Numbered from the stretch's first letter, positions 45,647 to 55,986 are shown. The stretch: DNA of 64,000 nucleotides from an uncultured Candidatus Saccharibacteria bacterium (GCA_964421635.1 CAYQWZ010000003.1:1712-65711), one strand, 5' to 3'. The notes: generated by a model from the sequence alone, not told the origin. Translations and numbers: made by a program.

Positions 45647-46969
45647 TTATTTATTTATACGCTCTCTTTGGGCGTTACGCAAGGTGTTAATTATTCTCTG
45701 TTCATATTCAGCTACATTAGCGTTAGGCACGAAAAAAGCCGCTGCTTGCTTGTGGCCGCCACCATTAAACAGTTTGGCTAAGCTTTCAACATCAAAGCCT
45801 GGTTTTATGCTGCGTAATGAGCCGTGTACGCCATCTTTTCGCTCACTTAGTAAAAGTACAAAATCGGTGTCAGCAGTGGTTTTTATTAGAGTGTCTATTA
45901 GGCCAGAGGTTTGTTCTTCATCTGCTTGAGAGGCGACAAAATCTTGTTTGCTCAAAGTGGCCCAAGCAAAGCGCAAAGGTTTGTCTTCTTTTAGATGAGC
46001 CAAAGCTTTACCCCAAAGACGCAACTTTGAAATTGGACGGGTATTAAAAACGCGATTAATAATGGTGGCGTGATCGGCGCCGGAGGCGTGCATTTGAGCA
46101 GCTACAGTTAAAGATTTTGGCGTAGTATTGCTGTTTTGGAAGCTGCCCGTATCTGTCATTAAGCCTGTTAATAAAGCAGTGGCCACATGTTTATCTATTA
46201 AGTTAACTGAACGGCCGTTAGTTTGGCCTAAAGCTTCAATAATTGAAACCATAATTTCAGCGGTGGCAGCTGCTTTATCTTCTGAAACATTGACTGTTCC
46301 GAATCTGTCATGATTCAGATGATGATCAATTGAAATTACATCGGTATTGTCGAACAAGTCTTGGTTATCTGTGCAAATGTCCCCAACCTGCTCAATGTTA
46401 GGGCAGTCAAGCACAATAATTAAATCGTAAGGATAATCTCCTTCTTTAAAACTAATATTTTCAGGTGTGAATTTGCCTTTTTCTGAAGTTAAAACTAAAG
46501 CGACTTTATTATCTTCTAGGCGGCGCACTTCAACATTTTTAGCCTTGGCCTCGTTCTCATCGAGCACAATCATAAATTCTGGCTGCGATTTAATCTCAGC
46601 TAAAACGCTGCTGAAGTTATTCAAGTAGTCGAATGTTTTATCTAGCTTGCCGCTTAAAGCCACAGTAGCGTGTTTGCCAATTCTATCTAATACATGTTGT
46701 AGAGCTAAACAGCTGCCCAAAGCGTCACCATCAGGATTTTGATGTGAGGTGATTAAAATTTTATCGGCTGCTTTAATTTTTTCAATTGCTTGCTGTTTCT
46801 GGTTGACTTTAGGAGCGCGAGGAATTTCTGGTGTATCCATCTGTTTATTAATGGCTTGTTCGTCATGCTCCCCATTTGCAAGCTGCTCCACCGAAGTTGG
46901 TGGAGTGACTGGCGCCGTTGTTTCGCCATGATTATTAATTGGCTCCTGAACAGGAGAACTTTCTGGCAT
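45647..46969 (-). CDS. DHH/DHHA1 phosphoesterase (NrnA-like)
   Basis: HQNPDGDALGS, IDHH, TDTGSF, SLRS, GGGHKQAA. Confidence 0.9.
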   Translation of the reverse strand: MPESSPVQEPINNHGETTAPVTPPTSVEQLANGEHDEQAINKQMDTPEIPRAPKVNQKQQAIEKIKAADKILITSHQNPDGDALGSCLALQHVLDRIGKHATVALSGKLDKTFDYLNNFSSVLAEIKSQPEFMIVLDENEAKAKNVEVRRLEDNKVALVLTSEKGKFTPENISFKEGDYPYDLIIVLDCPNIEQVGDICTDNQDLFDNTDVISIDHHLNHDRFGTVNVSEDKAAATAEIMVSIIEALGQTNGRSVNLIDKHVATALLTGLMTDTGSFQNSNTTPKSLTVAAQMHASGADHATIINRVFNTRPISKLRLWGKALAHLKEDKPLRFAWATLSKQDFVASQADEEQTSGLIDTLIKTTADTDFVLLLSERKDGVHGSLRSIKPGFDVESLAKLFNGGGHKQAAAFFVPNANVAEYEQRIINTLRNAQRERINK

Positions 46970-47038
46970 TATGTGTTAAGGCTAACAAAAAAAAGTCATC
47001 TTTGCAAGAAGCAAGGCTAGAAAAAGAATTTAGAAGGA

Positions 47039-47539
47039 TTAAGATTTAGGTCCTAAGATATATGCAGTGTGACGAGTGCCGCCGCAGCTACTATCATCGG
47101 CCTGGATAACAGTTTGATTAAGTGGGTGTTTGGTGCCGATTCGATCTAACTCCGCGCCGAACCAGAAGGCGTATTGACGACCACTACCCCAAGAAGTATT
47201 GGTTGGACTAGCATAAATATAACCGCTACAAATTGGTGGAGGAAAGGTAGCAGTGCCTGAAGAGGGTTTAGGATCAACTGGCAGTGTATTAATTAAGCCT
47301 TGGTTTTCTAAGATAGTTAATTGTGAGGTGCTATAATAATTACCATTATTGAGCGGATACGCATTATATATTCCGCGGTAACTCTCAACTGCAATAGCCA
47401 AGTTGCCAACATCTGTAATGCGAGCAGTGTCGCGACTAGTCTTTTGTTGCTGAGAAAACCCTAAAGTGGCTGCTACAGATAAAAGGGCAACAATAGATAG
47501 TGCCACTAAAATTTCAATTAAAGAGAATCCTTTTTTCAT
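47039..47539 (-). CDS. Type IV pilin-like protein
   Basis: KKG/FSLIE prepilin motif, RDTAR, LPVDP, Cys pair. Confidence 0.85.
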   Translation of the reverse strand: MKKGFSLIEILVALSIVALLSVAATLGFSQQQKTSRDTARITDVGNLAIAVESYRGIYNAYPLNNGNYYSTSQLTILENQGLINTLPVDPKPSSGTATFPPPICSGYIYASPTNTSWGSGRQYAFWFGAELDRIGTKHPLNQTVIQADDSSCGGTRHTAYILGPKS

Positions 47540-48082
47540 TTATTTTCTGTCTCCCCAAAGTATTCCTACCCAGCGAGAGCTGTTACATGCCGTATAGACG
47601 GGTCGATGAAAAACGGCATTATTATATGGGTGAGTATTAGTTGTCCCTTCTGGTCTAACTTCAGAGCCAAAAGCGATATAAAAAGTTCTGGTGCCAACTG
47701 TACTAGAACCAAAAACTTCGGAGGAAGAGGCAGAGTCATCATACTGATAATTAATGCAAAGAGGAGGACTGCTGACACCCCCAGGTAAAGGATCTCGGGG
47801 AATGTCATTGATAATGCCAGCAGTGACTAACGGAACGAGGGCGGTGTCAACAATAGTACCGGCACTTACAACGGGAATTTTTTTACCCATTGCCTCATAA
47901 CTACGCAAAGCGGTAGCCATTTCACTAACATCCTCTATTCTTTTTGTTTCTCTTCCACGCACTCTTTGACTGGAGTAACTCAAAGTGGCCGCCACGGCAA
48001 TTAAAGCCACAATGCCGACTGCTACGATAATTTCTATTAGGGAGAATCCGGGTTTTTTATCAATCTGGGTTTTCATTTTCAA
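47540..48082 (-). CDS. Type IV pilin-like protein
   Basis: PG/FSLIE, IPRDP, Cys pair. Confidence 0.85.
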   Translation of the reverse strand: MKMKTQIDKKPGFSLIEIIVAVGIVALIAVAATLSYSSQRVRGRETKRIEDVSEMATALRSYEAMGKKIPVVSAGTIVDTALVPLVTAGIINDIPRDPLPGGVSSPPLCINYQYDDSASSSEVFGSSTVGTRTFYIAFGSEVRPEGTTNTHPYNNAVFHRPVYTACNSSRWVGILWGDRK

Positions 48083-48554
48083 TATAATCTTTACTAATTA
48101 GGGTGAATGTTCTGCCATTGTTGGCGTTGCCTTCTTTCTTTTCTAATTTGACGGCCTGTATTAAATAGCCGCGTAGTTGGTCGTCTAGCTCAAAGCGGTA
48201 ATGATAATCAGTATTATTGATTGGGTCTTTGGGTAGGCTTGAGAGGTAATTTTGGGTTACTAAATCGCGAAGATCACTATTTGGTGCCCAGTCACTTAAA
48301 GCGGGGCTGGGAGGAGTTGCCCCCAAACTTGCTCCAATGCTAGTGTCTGCATACCAAGTTTCCTTTGGGGCATATTTACCGTTGTCTTCAAAATAAAATT
48401 CCAAGGCGTCGGAAATTTTCTTAACATCTTCAAAGCGGCGAGTATCACGAGCTGAACCTTGCTGAGAAGAATAGCCAACTACGGCGGCAGTAGCCAAAAG
48501 ACCAATAATGCCCATGACAATAATTATTTCAATTAAGCTGAATCCGTCTTTCAT
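48060..48554 (-). CDS. Type IV pilin/GspG-like protein
   Basis: DG/FSLIE, ARDTRR, LPKDP. Confidence 0.85.
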   Translation of the reverse strand: MKDGFSLIEIIIVMGIIGLLATAAVVGYSSQQGSARDTRRFEDVKKISDALEFYFEDNGKYAPKETWYADTSIGASLGATPPSPALSDWAPNSDLRDLVTQNYLSSLPKDPINNTDYHYRFELDDQLRGYLIQAVKLEKKEGNANNGRTFTLISKDYIENENPD

Positions 48555-49090
48555 TATCTTTTTATTACCGTTTCTGGTGTACGAATAACTTTATTATATA
48601 TAACTTCTCCACTATACATAACTTCGTAGTTTGCATTTAGTTGATAGGTTTTATATCCGTTAATGTCATGACTTGTGCTTGTTTTGTAGTAATAATAGCT
48701 ATAAGCATATCCGGTGCCACTGAAGTGCACATCACCAACGCCATCATTTATGGGGTCTACTGGTATTTTGTCTGTGTATCCTTCATCAATTAAAAACTTT
48801 AAAAATTCAGGATTGGAAACTACCACACCGCCCGTTTGGCTTGAGTAATCCCAGCCTCCGTTGTCTATGGCACTATATTCAGCAGTAGTTTTAGGCTCAA
48901 TATTATCTGAAATATAGTCGGTTAGTACAATTTTAATTTGTGCCAGGTCGCTTATGCGACGAGTATCTCGAGCTTTAGCTTGTTGACGAGATAATCCAAT
49001 AATTGTGGCCACAGCCAAAATAGCGATAATGGCCATCACTACTAAAAGCTCGATGATGGTAAAACCTCGTTTTGCCCCTTTTGATTTCAT
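48554..49090 (-). CDS. Type IV pilin-like protein
   Basis: RG/FTIIE, ARDTRR, IPVDP. Confidence 0.85.
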   Translation of the reverse strand: MKSKGAKRGFTIIELLVVMAIIAILAVATIIGLSRQQAKARDTRRISDLAQIKIVLTDYISDNIEPKTTAEYSAIDNGGWDYSSQTGGVVVSNPEFLKFLIDEGYTDKIPVDPINDGVGDVHFSGTGYAYSYYYYKTSTSHDINGYKTYQLNANYEVMYSGEVIYNKVIRTPETVIKR

Positions 49091-49122
49091 ATAAAAACCA
49101 CTACTTGTTCAGATTAAGGATA

Positions 49123-51897
49123 TCACATTTTAAGCCCTAACATGTTGGCGTCTATCACTAGCTTTTGCGATTTATCAATCTGCTGGCTTAATAGTAAATC
49201 GGCAATTTTTGTTTCTACATTATCGGCAATGGCGCGTTTTAGTGGGCGAGCACCGAATTTAGGATCAAATCCTACTTTAGAAACATAGGCAATAACATCG
49301 TTGGCGAAGATTGTCTCAACACCTTGCTCTTTGAGTTTCTTTGTTACAGCTGATAAAAGGATAATGGCTATTTTTTGTACATTCTCAAAGCTTAGCGGCT
49401 TAAAGACTACGGTGGCGTCGAAACGGTTAATAAATTCTGGGCGGAAGGCTTTAGTCAAAGCGGCGGTGGCCACTCGGTTTATTTCGTTTTGAGAGGCGCC
49501 GCCCTCAATAGTTTTGACCAAGTTGGCGGCGCCGGCATTAGAAGTAGCAATAATTATTGTGTTGGCGAAAGATACGGTACGACCCGTGTTTTCGGTTAGG
49601 CGACCATCATCTAGCATCTGCAAAAATAGATTTAGCACATCTGGATGAGCTTTTTCTATTTCGTCGAGCAAAATTATAGAGTACGGTTTTTCGCGGACAG
49701 CTTTGGTCAAAGAGCCGCCCTCTGTGAATTCTGATGCTGATGAAGCGGGAGCGCCAATTAAACGATAAATTGCTTTGTTGTCTTGATACTCTGACATATC
49801 GACGCGGACTATATTGTCGCGGCTTCCAAAGTAGCTGCCAGCTAAAGTGCGGGCAGTTTCCGTTTTTCCTACACCAGTTGGGCCGACGAACAAAAATGAG
49901 CCGATAGGTTTTTCTTCTTCTTTGAGGCCAGCTCGTGCTCGGCGCAAAGACTCTGCAATTTTATCGACTGCTTCATCTTGGCCGATCACTCGCTCTTTCA
50001 TCTTTTGGTCTAAATTAATTAGTCTGGCGCGTTCGTTTTCGGTCAGATCTTCAACGGGCACATTGCTGCGCTCAGACAATACTGCTTGTACATCGGCTTT
50101 GGTGACGAATTTCTTTTTCTCTTTGGAGGCTTGTTGGGCCGCATCAGATAAAACCTCAATTGCTTTGTCTGGTAAAACCTTATCAGGAATTAATTTGCGA
50201 GATAAAATTACAGCGGCCTCAATAGCCGGATATGTCAGAAGCACTTTATATTTAGTCTGAATAACAGGCGATTCTTCTTCCAAAATAGTGATGGCATCTT
50301 CGTCGCTGACCTCTTCAATTACTACCTTTTGAAAGCTATTAGAGAAAGAAGCGTTTGATTCAATGTAGCGATGATAGTCAGCAAAAGTGGAAGTACCAAT
50401 AATTTGTAGCTGAGCCGATTTGGCAGCTGCTTCTAGTAGGGCGGCGCCTGTTAATCCTCCATCTTTAGAAACCAAAGATTCAACATGGCCAATAAATAAA
50501 ATAACATTTCCGGCGGCCTTGACTTCCTGCAGTACCTTATCTAAGTTAGTTTTTTCACTCCGGCCGCCGCTGACTAAAGCTGACAAATCTAGCTCTATTA
50601 AGCGTTTATCTTTGAGCGGCTCTGGCACATTCTCTTCAACCATGTGAGCGGCCACAGCGCCAATAATTGAGGTCTTGCCAACTCCTGGCTCGCCAACAAT
50701 TAAAGCGTTATTCTTTTCGCCTGCAGCCAAAACGCGAATTACTTGATCTATCTCTTTGTCGCGGACTTTTACAATGGGCATATTTCCCAGCGCTGCCAAC
50801 TTAGTGAAGTCCCTGCTATAACTATCTAAAAATGGGGTAGGCAGCGCTGTCCAAGCGCGGTTCATATAGCCAGTCGGCCGAGTGCGGCCCCGTTCACGCC
50901 AGAACTGCCAACGACGGATGCTCTCTAACTCTTCGTTTAACCAAAAAGCAATTGATCTTACTTTTTCATACGGTAATCCTAGAGCGTCAAGTTCGTCTTT
51001 ATACGGCCCTTCAAAATTAGTCATAGCTAGCAGATAATCTTCTACATCTACATAATTGAATCCGTTTCTATAAGCTTCTATAAAAGCGTCCATAATTATC
51101 TCTCGCGTGCCGGGGCTAACAGTAACGCTGCGATTGCTTTTATCTGATTTTTGAATTTTACCCAAAACTGTTTTGCAGGTAGCCTGTGGGTCAAGCTCCA
51201 GCCGTTTTACAATTAAAGCTGTTTTGCCCGAGCATAAAAGGGAAGCCATAAAAATTTCGGGTGTCAGCTCTGAGCTTTTTAATCTTTCTGTCAAAATTAT
51301 GGCGTTATCGATAGCCATTAAGGCGGCTTTTGTAAAGTACGGAATTATGTCTATGGAGCCGTCTTCTTCTTGATGCCATTGCCGACGCTTTTTTTCATCC
51401 TTCTCTCGTAAGTCATCAAGCAGATGAGGCGGGGTAAAACTTTCAACGCGAAGAAAGACAGAAAATAGTGTCAGAAGAAGGATTGCCCAAAAAATAAAAT
51501 GATAAACATCTGTCGGCTTGGTGAAGCGCTCAATTAGACCAAGCTGCGAAGCGCTGGTGGTGCCCGTTTGGGCGAATCCTGACAATGCATCTGTTGTGAC
51601 TGTATCAGTACTGCTATATATATGGATTGCGGAGCTGGCCAAAAAAAGTAATCCTACAAAAACAAGCCACGGCTTTATCTTTGTCCATAATTGCTCGCGC
51701 GCAGTGGCATCGTAAGGAACATCGTTGGGCAGGTGAGCGACAAAAATATGATCGCCAATTTGTTTGGTGAAACCGTGTCCGCGACATTCCGGGCATTCCG
51801 TGCGAAACGAATTTTTATCTGTCAAAATGCCGTAGCCTTGACAGGTGGCGCAGGTTTTTGTGTTGGCAGAAAAGGTTGTTGTTTCTTCTTTAGCCAT
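49123..51897 (-). CDS. ClpA/B/C-family AAA+ ATPase with N-terminal Zn finger and TM anchor
   Basis: GEPGVGKT, LPDKAI, VIGQDEAV, GPTGVGKTE, DMSEY, LLDEIEKAHP, FRPEFINR, GARPL. Confidence 0.92.
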   Translation of the reverse strand: MAKEETTTFSANTKTCATCQGYGILTDKNSFRTECPECRGHGFTKQIGDHIFVAHLPNDVPYDATAREQLWTKIKPWLVFVGLLFLASSAIHIYSSTDTVTTDALSGFAQTGTTSASQLGLIERFTKPTDVYHFIFWAILLLTLFSVFLRVESFTPPHLLDDLREKDEKKRRQWHQEEDGSIDIIPYFTKAALMAIDNAIILTERLKSSELTPEIFMASLLCSGKTALIVKRLELDPQATCKTVLGKIQKSDKSNRSVTVSPGTREIIMDAFIEAYRNGFNYVDVEDYLLAMTNFEGPYKDELDALGLPYEKVRSIAFWLNEELESIRRWQFWRERGRTRPTGYMNRAWTALPTPFLDSYSRDFTKLAALGNMPIVKVRDKEIDQVIRVLAAGEKNNALIVGEPGVGKTSIIGAVAAHMVEENVPEPLKDKRLIELDLSALVSGGRSEKTNLDKVLQEVKAAGNVILFIGHVESLVSKDGGLTGAALLEAAAKSAQLQIIGTSTFADYHRYIESNASFSNSFQKVVIEEVSDEDAITILEEESPVIQTKYKVLLTYPAIEAAVILSRKLIPDKVLPDKAIEVLSDAAQQASKEKKKFVTKADVQAVLSERSNVPVEDLTENERARLINLDQKMKERVIGQDEAVDKIAESLRRARAGLKEEEKPIGSFLFVGPTGVGKTETARTLAGSYFGSRDNIVRVDMSEYQDNKAIYRLIGAPASSASEFTEGGSLTKAVREKPYSIILLDEIEKAHPDVLNLFLQMLDDGRLTENTGRTVSFANTIIIATSNAGAANLVKTIEGGASQNEINRVATAALTKAFRPEFINRFDATVVFKPLSFENVQKIAIILLSAVTKKLKEQGVETIFANDVIAYVSKVGFDPKFGARPLKRAIADNVETKIADLLLSQQIDKSQKLVIDANMLGLKM

Positions 51898-52258
51898 TAA
51901 TGAAAATTAAGTTTCGACCAATTTGGTAAAGCAAATAGTAAGGCAAAATTAACCAAACAACAGCTACGATAGCGAAAAAGATGGCTACCACAATTTGTAC
52001 CGCAATTCCGGCAATTACGCGGATAACTCTAAACAAAAATCCTATTAGCCGACCTTCACGAGAGTAGTCTTGAAAAAGAGGCCTACCTAAATTTTTGAAG
52101 GTGGTAGTAACTGCAATCTGATTTTCAAAACTAGAAGCGGTGTTTTGCCACAGACGATAAACTGCCAAAGTGCCATCGTAGGTCAGCCAAACTAAAAAGT
52201 GACGGATTACATCTAAATACCGCCATATGAAAGACTGTTTGGCGTGTGGTCTAACCAT
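51890..52258 (-). CDS. Small membrane protein coupled to the Clp ATPase gene
   Basis: Overlaps the Clp start; KNL.RPL.QDY...GR.IGF..R followed by TM. Confidence 0.75.
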   Translation of the reverse strand: MVRPHAKQSFIWRYLDVIRHFLVWLTYDGTLAVYRLWQNTASSFENQIAVTTTFKNLGRPLFQDYSREGRLIGFLFRVIRVIAGIAVQIVVAIFFAIVAVVWLILPYYLLYQIGRNLIFING

Positions 52259-52371
52259 GTCAATACTTATTGTATCAGGTTGGCATCTAATAAATTGTGT
52301 AAAATAAAATAGCTAAATAGTTGACTTTTATAGCCTAATATTAGTACTATTGATTTGGAAGGAGAACGCGC

Positions 52372-52602
52372 ATGTTCACAACGATATCGCTGGTTGCGTC
52401 GCTTATCATCGTTATTTTGGTCTTTGTTGGTAGCAGGGTTGAAAAAGAAATCAAAAAGATCAAAGATGAAGATATGCGTCATTTGGCAGAGGTTATGCAA
52501 GGACTTTGCTACAGCACGTCACTTTTCTTGGCGCTTTTGATGTTGAATCTCGGCTCTATTCTTCTCAAAATCCAAGCGGCTCTTGAAGCTCTGCCGCACT
52601 AG
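52372..52602 (+). CDS. Small 2-TM hypothetical protein
   Basis: TTGACT-18-TACTAT, SD GAAGGAG, terminator ~52631-52657. Confidence 0.65.
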   Translation: MFTTISLVASLIIVILVFVGSRVEKEIKKIKDEDMRHLAEVMQGLCYSTSLFLALLMLNLGSILLKIQAALEALPH

Positions 52603-52720
52603 TCATCAGCCGTTCTCTTTCAACCCCCAAGTCGGTCAATTCTGGCCGATTTTTTTGTTATCTAAAAAAGCCACCCCGTAGGGCGACCTTGGTGAAGTGG
52701 AGTAGTAGAGGTAAGAAGGA

Positions 52721-53065
52721 TTAGGCCAATCCGGATAGTTTATCAAGATCTGCGCTGGCAGTGTCACATGGATCAGTCATTCGCGCTTGAGTTGATTCTT
52801 GATTGGTTTGGGCGTATTGGCTTAAAGGTACTTTTAGTATCCAGTGTTGGTTATTTCTAGTCGGGCGAAAAGACCAACGAAGGATTTGCTTTGAACGGAG
52901 TATACCGAACCTAAGGAGAAGCGCTAGTAGCAATAAATCCTTTCCAGTGACAAAGTTGAGCACATCGAGCTTTCTTAATCCGTAAATACCTATGAAAGCG
53001 GCGAAGAAGAGAGCAATGCTAGAGAAGACAGCTGCCTGTTCATCGAGCTCTTTTCCATAGCTCAT
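52721..53065 (-). CDS. Small 2-TM hypothetical protein
   Basis: SD AAGGAGG before ATG 53065; TTGACA promoter upstream. Confidence 0.6.
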   Translation of the reverse strand: MSYGKELDEQAAVFSSIALFFAAFIGIYGLRKLDVLNFVTGKDLLLLALLLRFGILRSKQILRWSFRPTRNNQHWILKVPLSQYAQTNQESTQARMTDPCDTASADLDKLSGLA

Positions 53066-53169
53066 TGTCTGTATCCTCCTTGCTAATGACTCTATAGCGC
53101 CTAATGTTTTTGTCAATGTTTGACTTCTAGCAGATCCGAGTTTACAGTTAGGATTGAAAGAGGAGAAAG

Positions 53170-53571
53170 ATGATGATCGCAATACTTGAGGTGGCCCTAC
53201 GAGAAGATCTAGCTGAACTTTTTCAAATTCTAGAATCAATGGGTACGGTTGTCAATGTAGAAAGTGTGCGTGGTAGAACATTCTCTTATGAGTTTTTGGT
53301 AAGACAGCTTGGTGCCTTAGAACGACTGATTGAAGAATCAACTTTGATAGCTTCGGCGGTACTTCCTAGATTAGATAGTGATGCTCCGCCAAGATCTATG
53401 CGCGGTGGTGGCTATACGCGTTATTTGGAAGATTTAGATAATGATCCGGGGCGACAATATCGGCTGTCTGGCACACCGTCTGAAGCAGTAAGAAACCGTC
53501 GGTGGCTCGCAGATGTACTGGTGCCGCTTGCTTTAAGAGAACTCAGAGAGCGTCAGGAATCCCAACCGTAG
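53170..53571 (+). CDS. Hypothetical protein
   Basis: SD GAGGAG; terminator AACCGTAGTC/GACTGCGGTT-polyT. Confidence 0.65.
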   Translation: MMIAILEVALREDLAELFQILESMGTVVNVESVRGRTFSYEFLVRQLGALERLIEESTLIASAVLPRLDSDAPPRSMRGGGYTRYLEDLDNDPGRQYRLSGTPSEAVRNRRWLADVLVPLALRELRERQESQP

Positions 53572-53804
53572 TCAGTGACTGCGGTTTTTTTGTGCTAGGG
53601 GATCTGCTGCTTCGCAGCAGTAGTCATGAAATAAAAAAGTCCCAACTGGGACTAATCGTTCTAAATACTAATCATCGAAAATCATGTCACTTGCTTACTG
53701 ATTTTCGATTCCTACTGTCTGCCCTAAACAGTTCAGGAAGGATTATCTGAGATGTTGCGAAGCAATCATATCAGAATGACGCTCATGAATGTTTAATATC
53801 TTTT

Positions 53805-53881
53805 TGGTGGGTGCTAAGGGAGTCGAACCCCTGACCTTCTGGATGTAAACCAGACGCTCTAACCAGCTGAGCTAAGCACCC
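53805..53881 (-). tRNA. tRNA-Val(TAC)
   Basis: Loop TT-TAC-AT, CCA. Confidence 0.95.
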
Positions 53882-53890
53882 GAATTATTT

Positions 53891-53966
53891 TGGAGCCACT
53901 TGTCGGACTCGAACCGACGACCTTCACTTTACAAAAGTGCTGCTCTACCAACTGAGCTAAAGTGGC
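53891..53966 (-). tRNA. tRNA-Thr(TGT)
   Basis: Loop TT-TGT-AA, CCA. Confidence 0.95.
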
Positions 53967-53969
53967 GGT

Positions 53970-54045
53970 TGGTGGCCGGACTCGGAGTTGAACCGAGGAC
54001 GCAGGGATTTTCAGTCCCTCGCTCTACCACCTGAGCTATCCGGCC
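53970..54045 (-). tRNA. tRNA-Phe(GAA)
   Basis: Loop CT-GAA-AA, CCA. Confidence 0.95.
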
Positions 54046-54087
54046 TAACAGATTACAGACTACCAAAACTGCTAATTATTTCAACCC

Positions 54088-55578
54088 CTAATTTCCAAAT
54101 ACCGACTTTAGTGTACGATGCTTGGTTTTAATATGCCAGAGATTAATATCGAAGAAGCGGTCGGTTGAATCGGAAACGAATTCGGCGGGCGGAATACCCA
54201 GAATTCGATCAGCCGCCCGCCAGTAGATATTGACCTGTTCTAGATCTTTAAAAACAGCTAAATCTTTTAGATGATTCTCGACTTCACGCGTAATTTTTTG
54301 GCGCTTTGCAAACTCAGTACTATTGCGAGCTTCTTCTAGTTTACGATCTGTGTGCGCATCGTCAAGTTGGGAAAAATTATATCCTCCACTGCCGCGTTGA
54401 GACGAATGCCATAGCGGATACAAGTCTAAATCGGCGCGCATATCAATATCAACAAACAAAAGATCATAATCGTGGGCGTCAATACGATCAATCAACCCCA
54501 GCGATTCAAGGGCGATTACCTCGACCTCTAAATCGTTTTTCTGCCACATTGCAATCTGCTCGAGTAATTTTGCATGATTAGCCAAAGAAGTGTGAGTTAA
54601 TAAAGTTAGTTTAGTAGGATTATCTAATTTGTCAGAATTAATAATTTTTTTTCGCTCATTTGTAGTTTTTAAACCATCGCGATTGGTATTCAAAAAGAGT
54701 ATGCGATGGCGCTGAGAGGGAAGGGTGTATAAGTTTCCGGCCAAAGTGTCATCTGCCAGTACGGACTGGTCTATATCACTGACATAGAAAAAGCTATCAA
54801 TGTCGCGAGCCATATAAGATCTTTTCATTTCATCTTCTGAATTGAAGAAACGAAAACAAATATTGCTAATGTATGGTTCGCCCAAAATCCAATCCTTATT
54901 GCTGACTAAGTTGACTTGATTAATAAACTCGCCATCTAAATCTGTATCCTTATATTTATAAGGGCCGTTGCCGATTAAGTTTTTCTGTAGCTCGTCCGTT
55001 GGAATGTGAAAAGGAATAATTGGAATATTGGTAGCCGCCAAAAATGGGCTAGAAACTTCGTCTAAATGAAAAGTGACAGTACGCTCGTCAACCACTTCTA
55101 CCACCACTCCTTCCCAGTCGTGTTTTAAAATAGATTTTGTCTGCGGATCTGTAATTAGTCGAATAGTCTCTGCTACATCGGATGCAGTAATAGGTTGACC
55201 GTCGTGCCAACGAATATTCTCTTTTAAAGTAAAAGTATAGCTGCGACCATCTTCAGAGATTACCCAGCTCTCTGCCAGCATCGGTTGAGTGCGTCCATCG
55301 GCAGTAGTTTTAGTTAATCCGACAAATAGCAGCGAAAGGATTGTGCGATCATTAATATCGGTGGAACTTTGGGGGCTTAAAATTTTTGGTTGACCGACTA
55401 ATCCTTCTGTATAAGTACCGCCAACCGCGGGTATAACAATGAGTCGGTTGTAAATAAAGTTTTTAGTTTTAATGCCGCCAAAAACTAGGAGTAAAATAAG
55501 CAGTGCTAGGGCCCAAGTTTTTTCTTTTTTTGAGAGATGACGAGGCAGGTCGACTAATCGTCGCCAAAAATTAATCAT
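54088..55578 (-). CDS. ABC transporter substrate-binding protein, family 5 (OppA/DppA-like)
   Basis: GGTYTEGLVG.P, LAESW..SEDG..YTF.L....WHDG.PITA.DV, GNGPY. Confidence 0.88.
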   Translation of the reverse strand: MINFWRRLVDLPRHLSKKEKTWALALLILLLVFGGIKTKNFIYNRLIVIPAVGGTYTEGLVGQPKILSPQSSTDINDRTILSLLFVGLTKTTADGRTQPMLAESWVISEDGRSYTFTLKENIRWHDGQPITASDVAETIRLITDPQTKSILKHDWEGVVVEVVDERTVTFHLDEVSSPFLAATNIPIIPFHIPTDELQKNLIGNGPYKYKDTDLDGEFINQVNLVSNKDWILGEPYISNICFRFFNSEDEMKRSYMARDIDSFFYVSDIDQSVLADDTLAGNLYTLPSQRHRILFLNTNRDGLKTTNERKKIINSDKLDNPTKLTLLTHTSLANHAKLLEQIAMWQKNDLEVEVIALESLGLIDRIDAHDYDLLFVDIDMRADLDLYPLWHSSQRGSGGYNFSQLDDAHTDRKLEEARNSTEFAKRQKITREVENHLKDLAVFKDLEQVNIYWRAADRILGIPPAEFVSDSTDRFFDINLWHIKTKHRTLKSVFGN

Positions 55579-55579
55579 T

Positions 55580-55894
55580 CTATTGATTAGTTGTCTCTTT
55601 CTCGTTTACTGTTTCGGTTGTCTGCTCTACCTGTTCGGCATTCTCAACTACAGGGGCAATATTTGGTATATTCGATTGACTTTTTTGGTAAAGACTAAAT
55701 AAAGCTAACCCGACAAAAATTACAGCCAAGGCAATTGTAATTTGATATAAAGATTTTTCTGCTCCGCGACGAGACGAGAATGTGTTTGAACTGCCACCGA
55801 AAGCTTCTCCTAAACCAGCGCCTCTTTGTTGCAGTAAAACTACTACTATTAACAGAATTGCGACTATCAAATATGTGATTTCTAATGCACTCAT
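55580..55894 (-). CDS. secG: Preprotein translocase subunit SecG
   Basis: VLLQQRGAGLG.AFGG...RRGAEK. Confidence 0.92.
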   Translation of the reverse strand: MSALEITYLIVAILLIVVVLLQQRGAGLGEAFGGSSNTFSSRRGAEKSLYQITIALAVIFVGLALFSLYQKSQSNIPNIAPVVENAEQVEQTTETVNEKETTNQ

Positions 55895-55909
55895 AATGTT
55901 TTATTTATT

Positions 55910-55986
55910 TGGAGGCGTGGGTGGGATTTGAACCCACGGATCGCGGTTTTGCAAACCGCTCCCTTAGACCACTTGGGTACCACGCC
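55910..55986 (-). tRNA. tRNA-Cys(GCA)
   Basis: Loop TT-GCA-AA, U discriminator, CCA. Confidence 0.95.
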
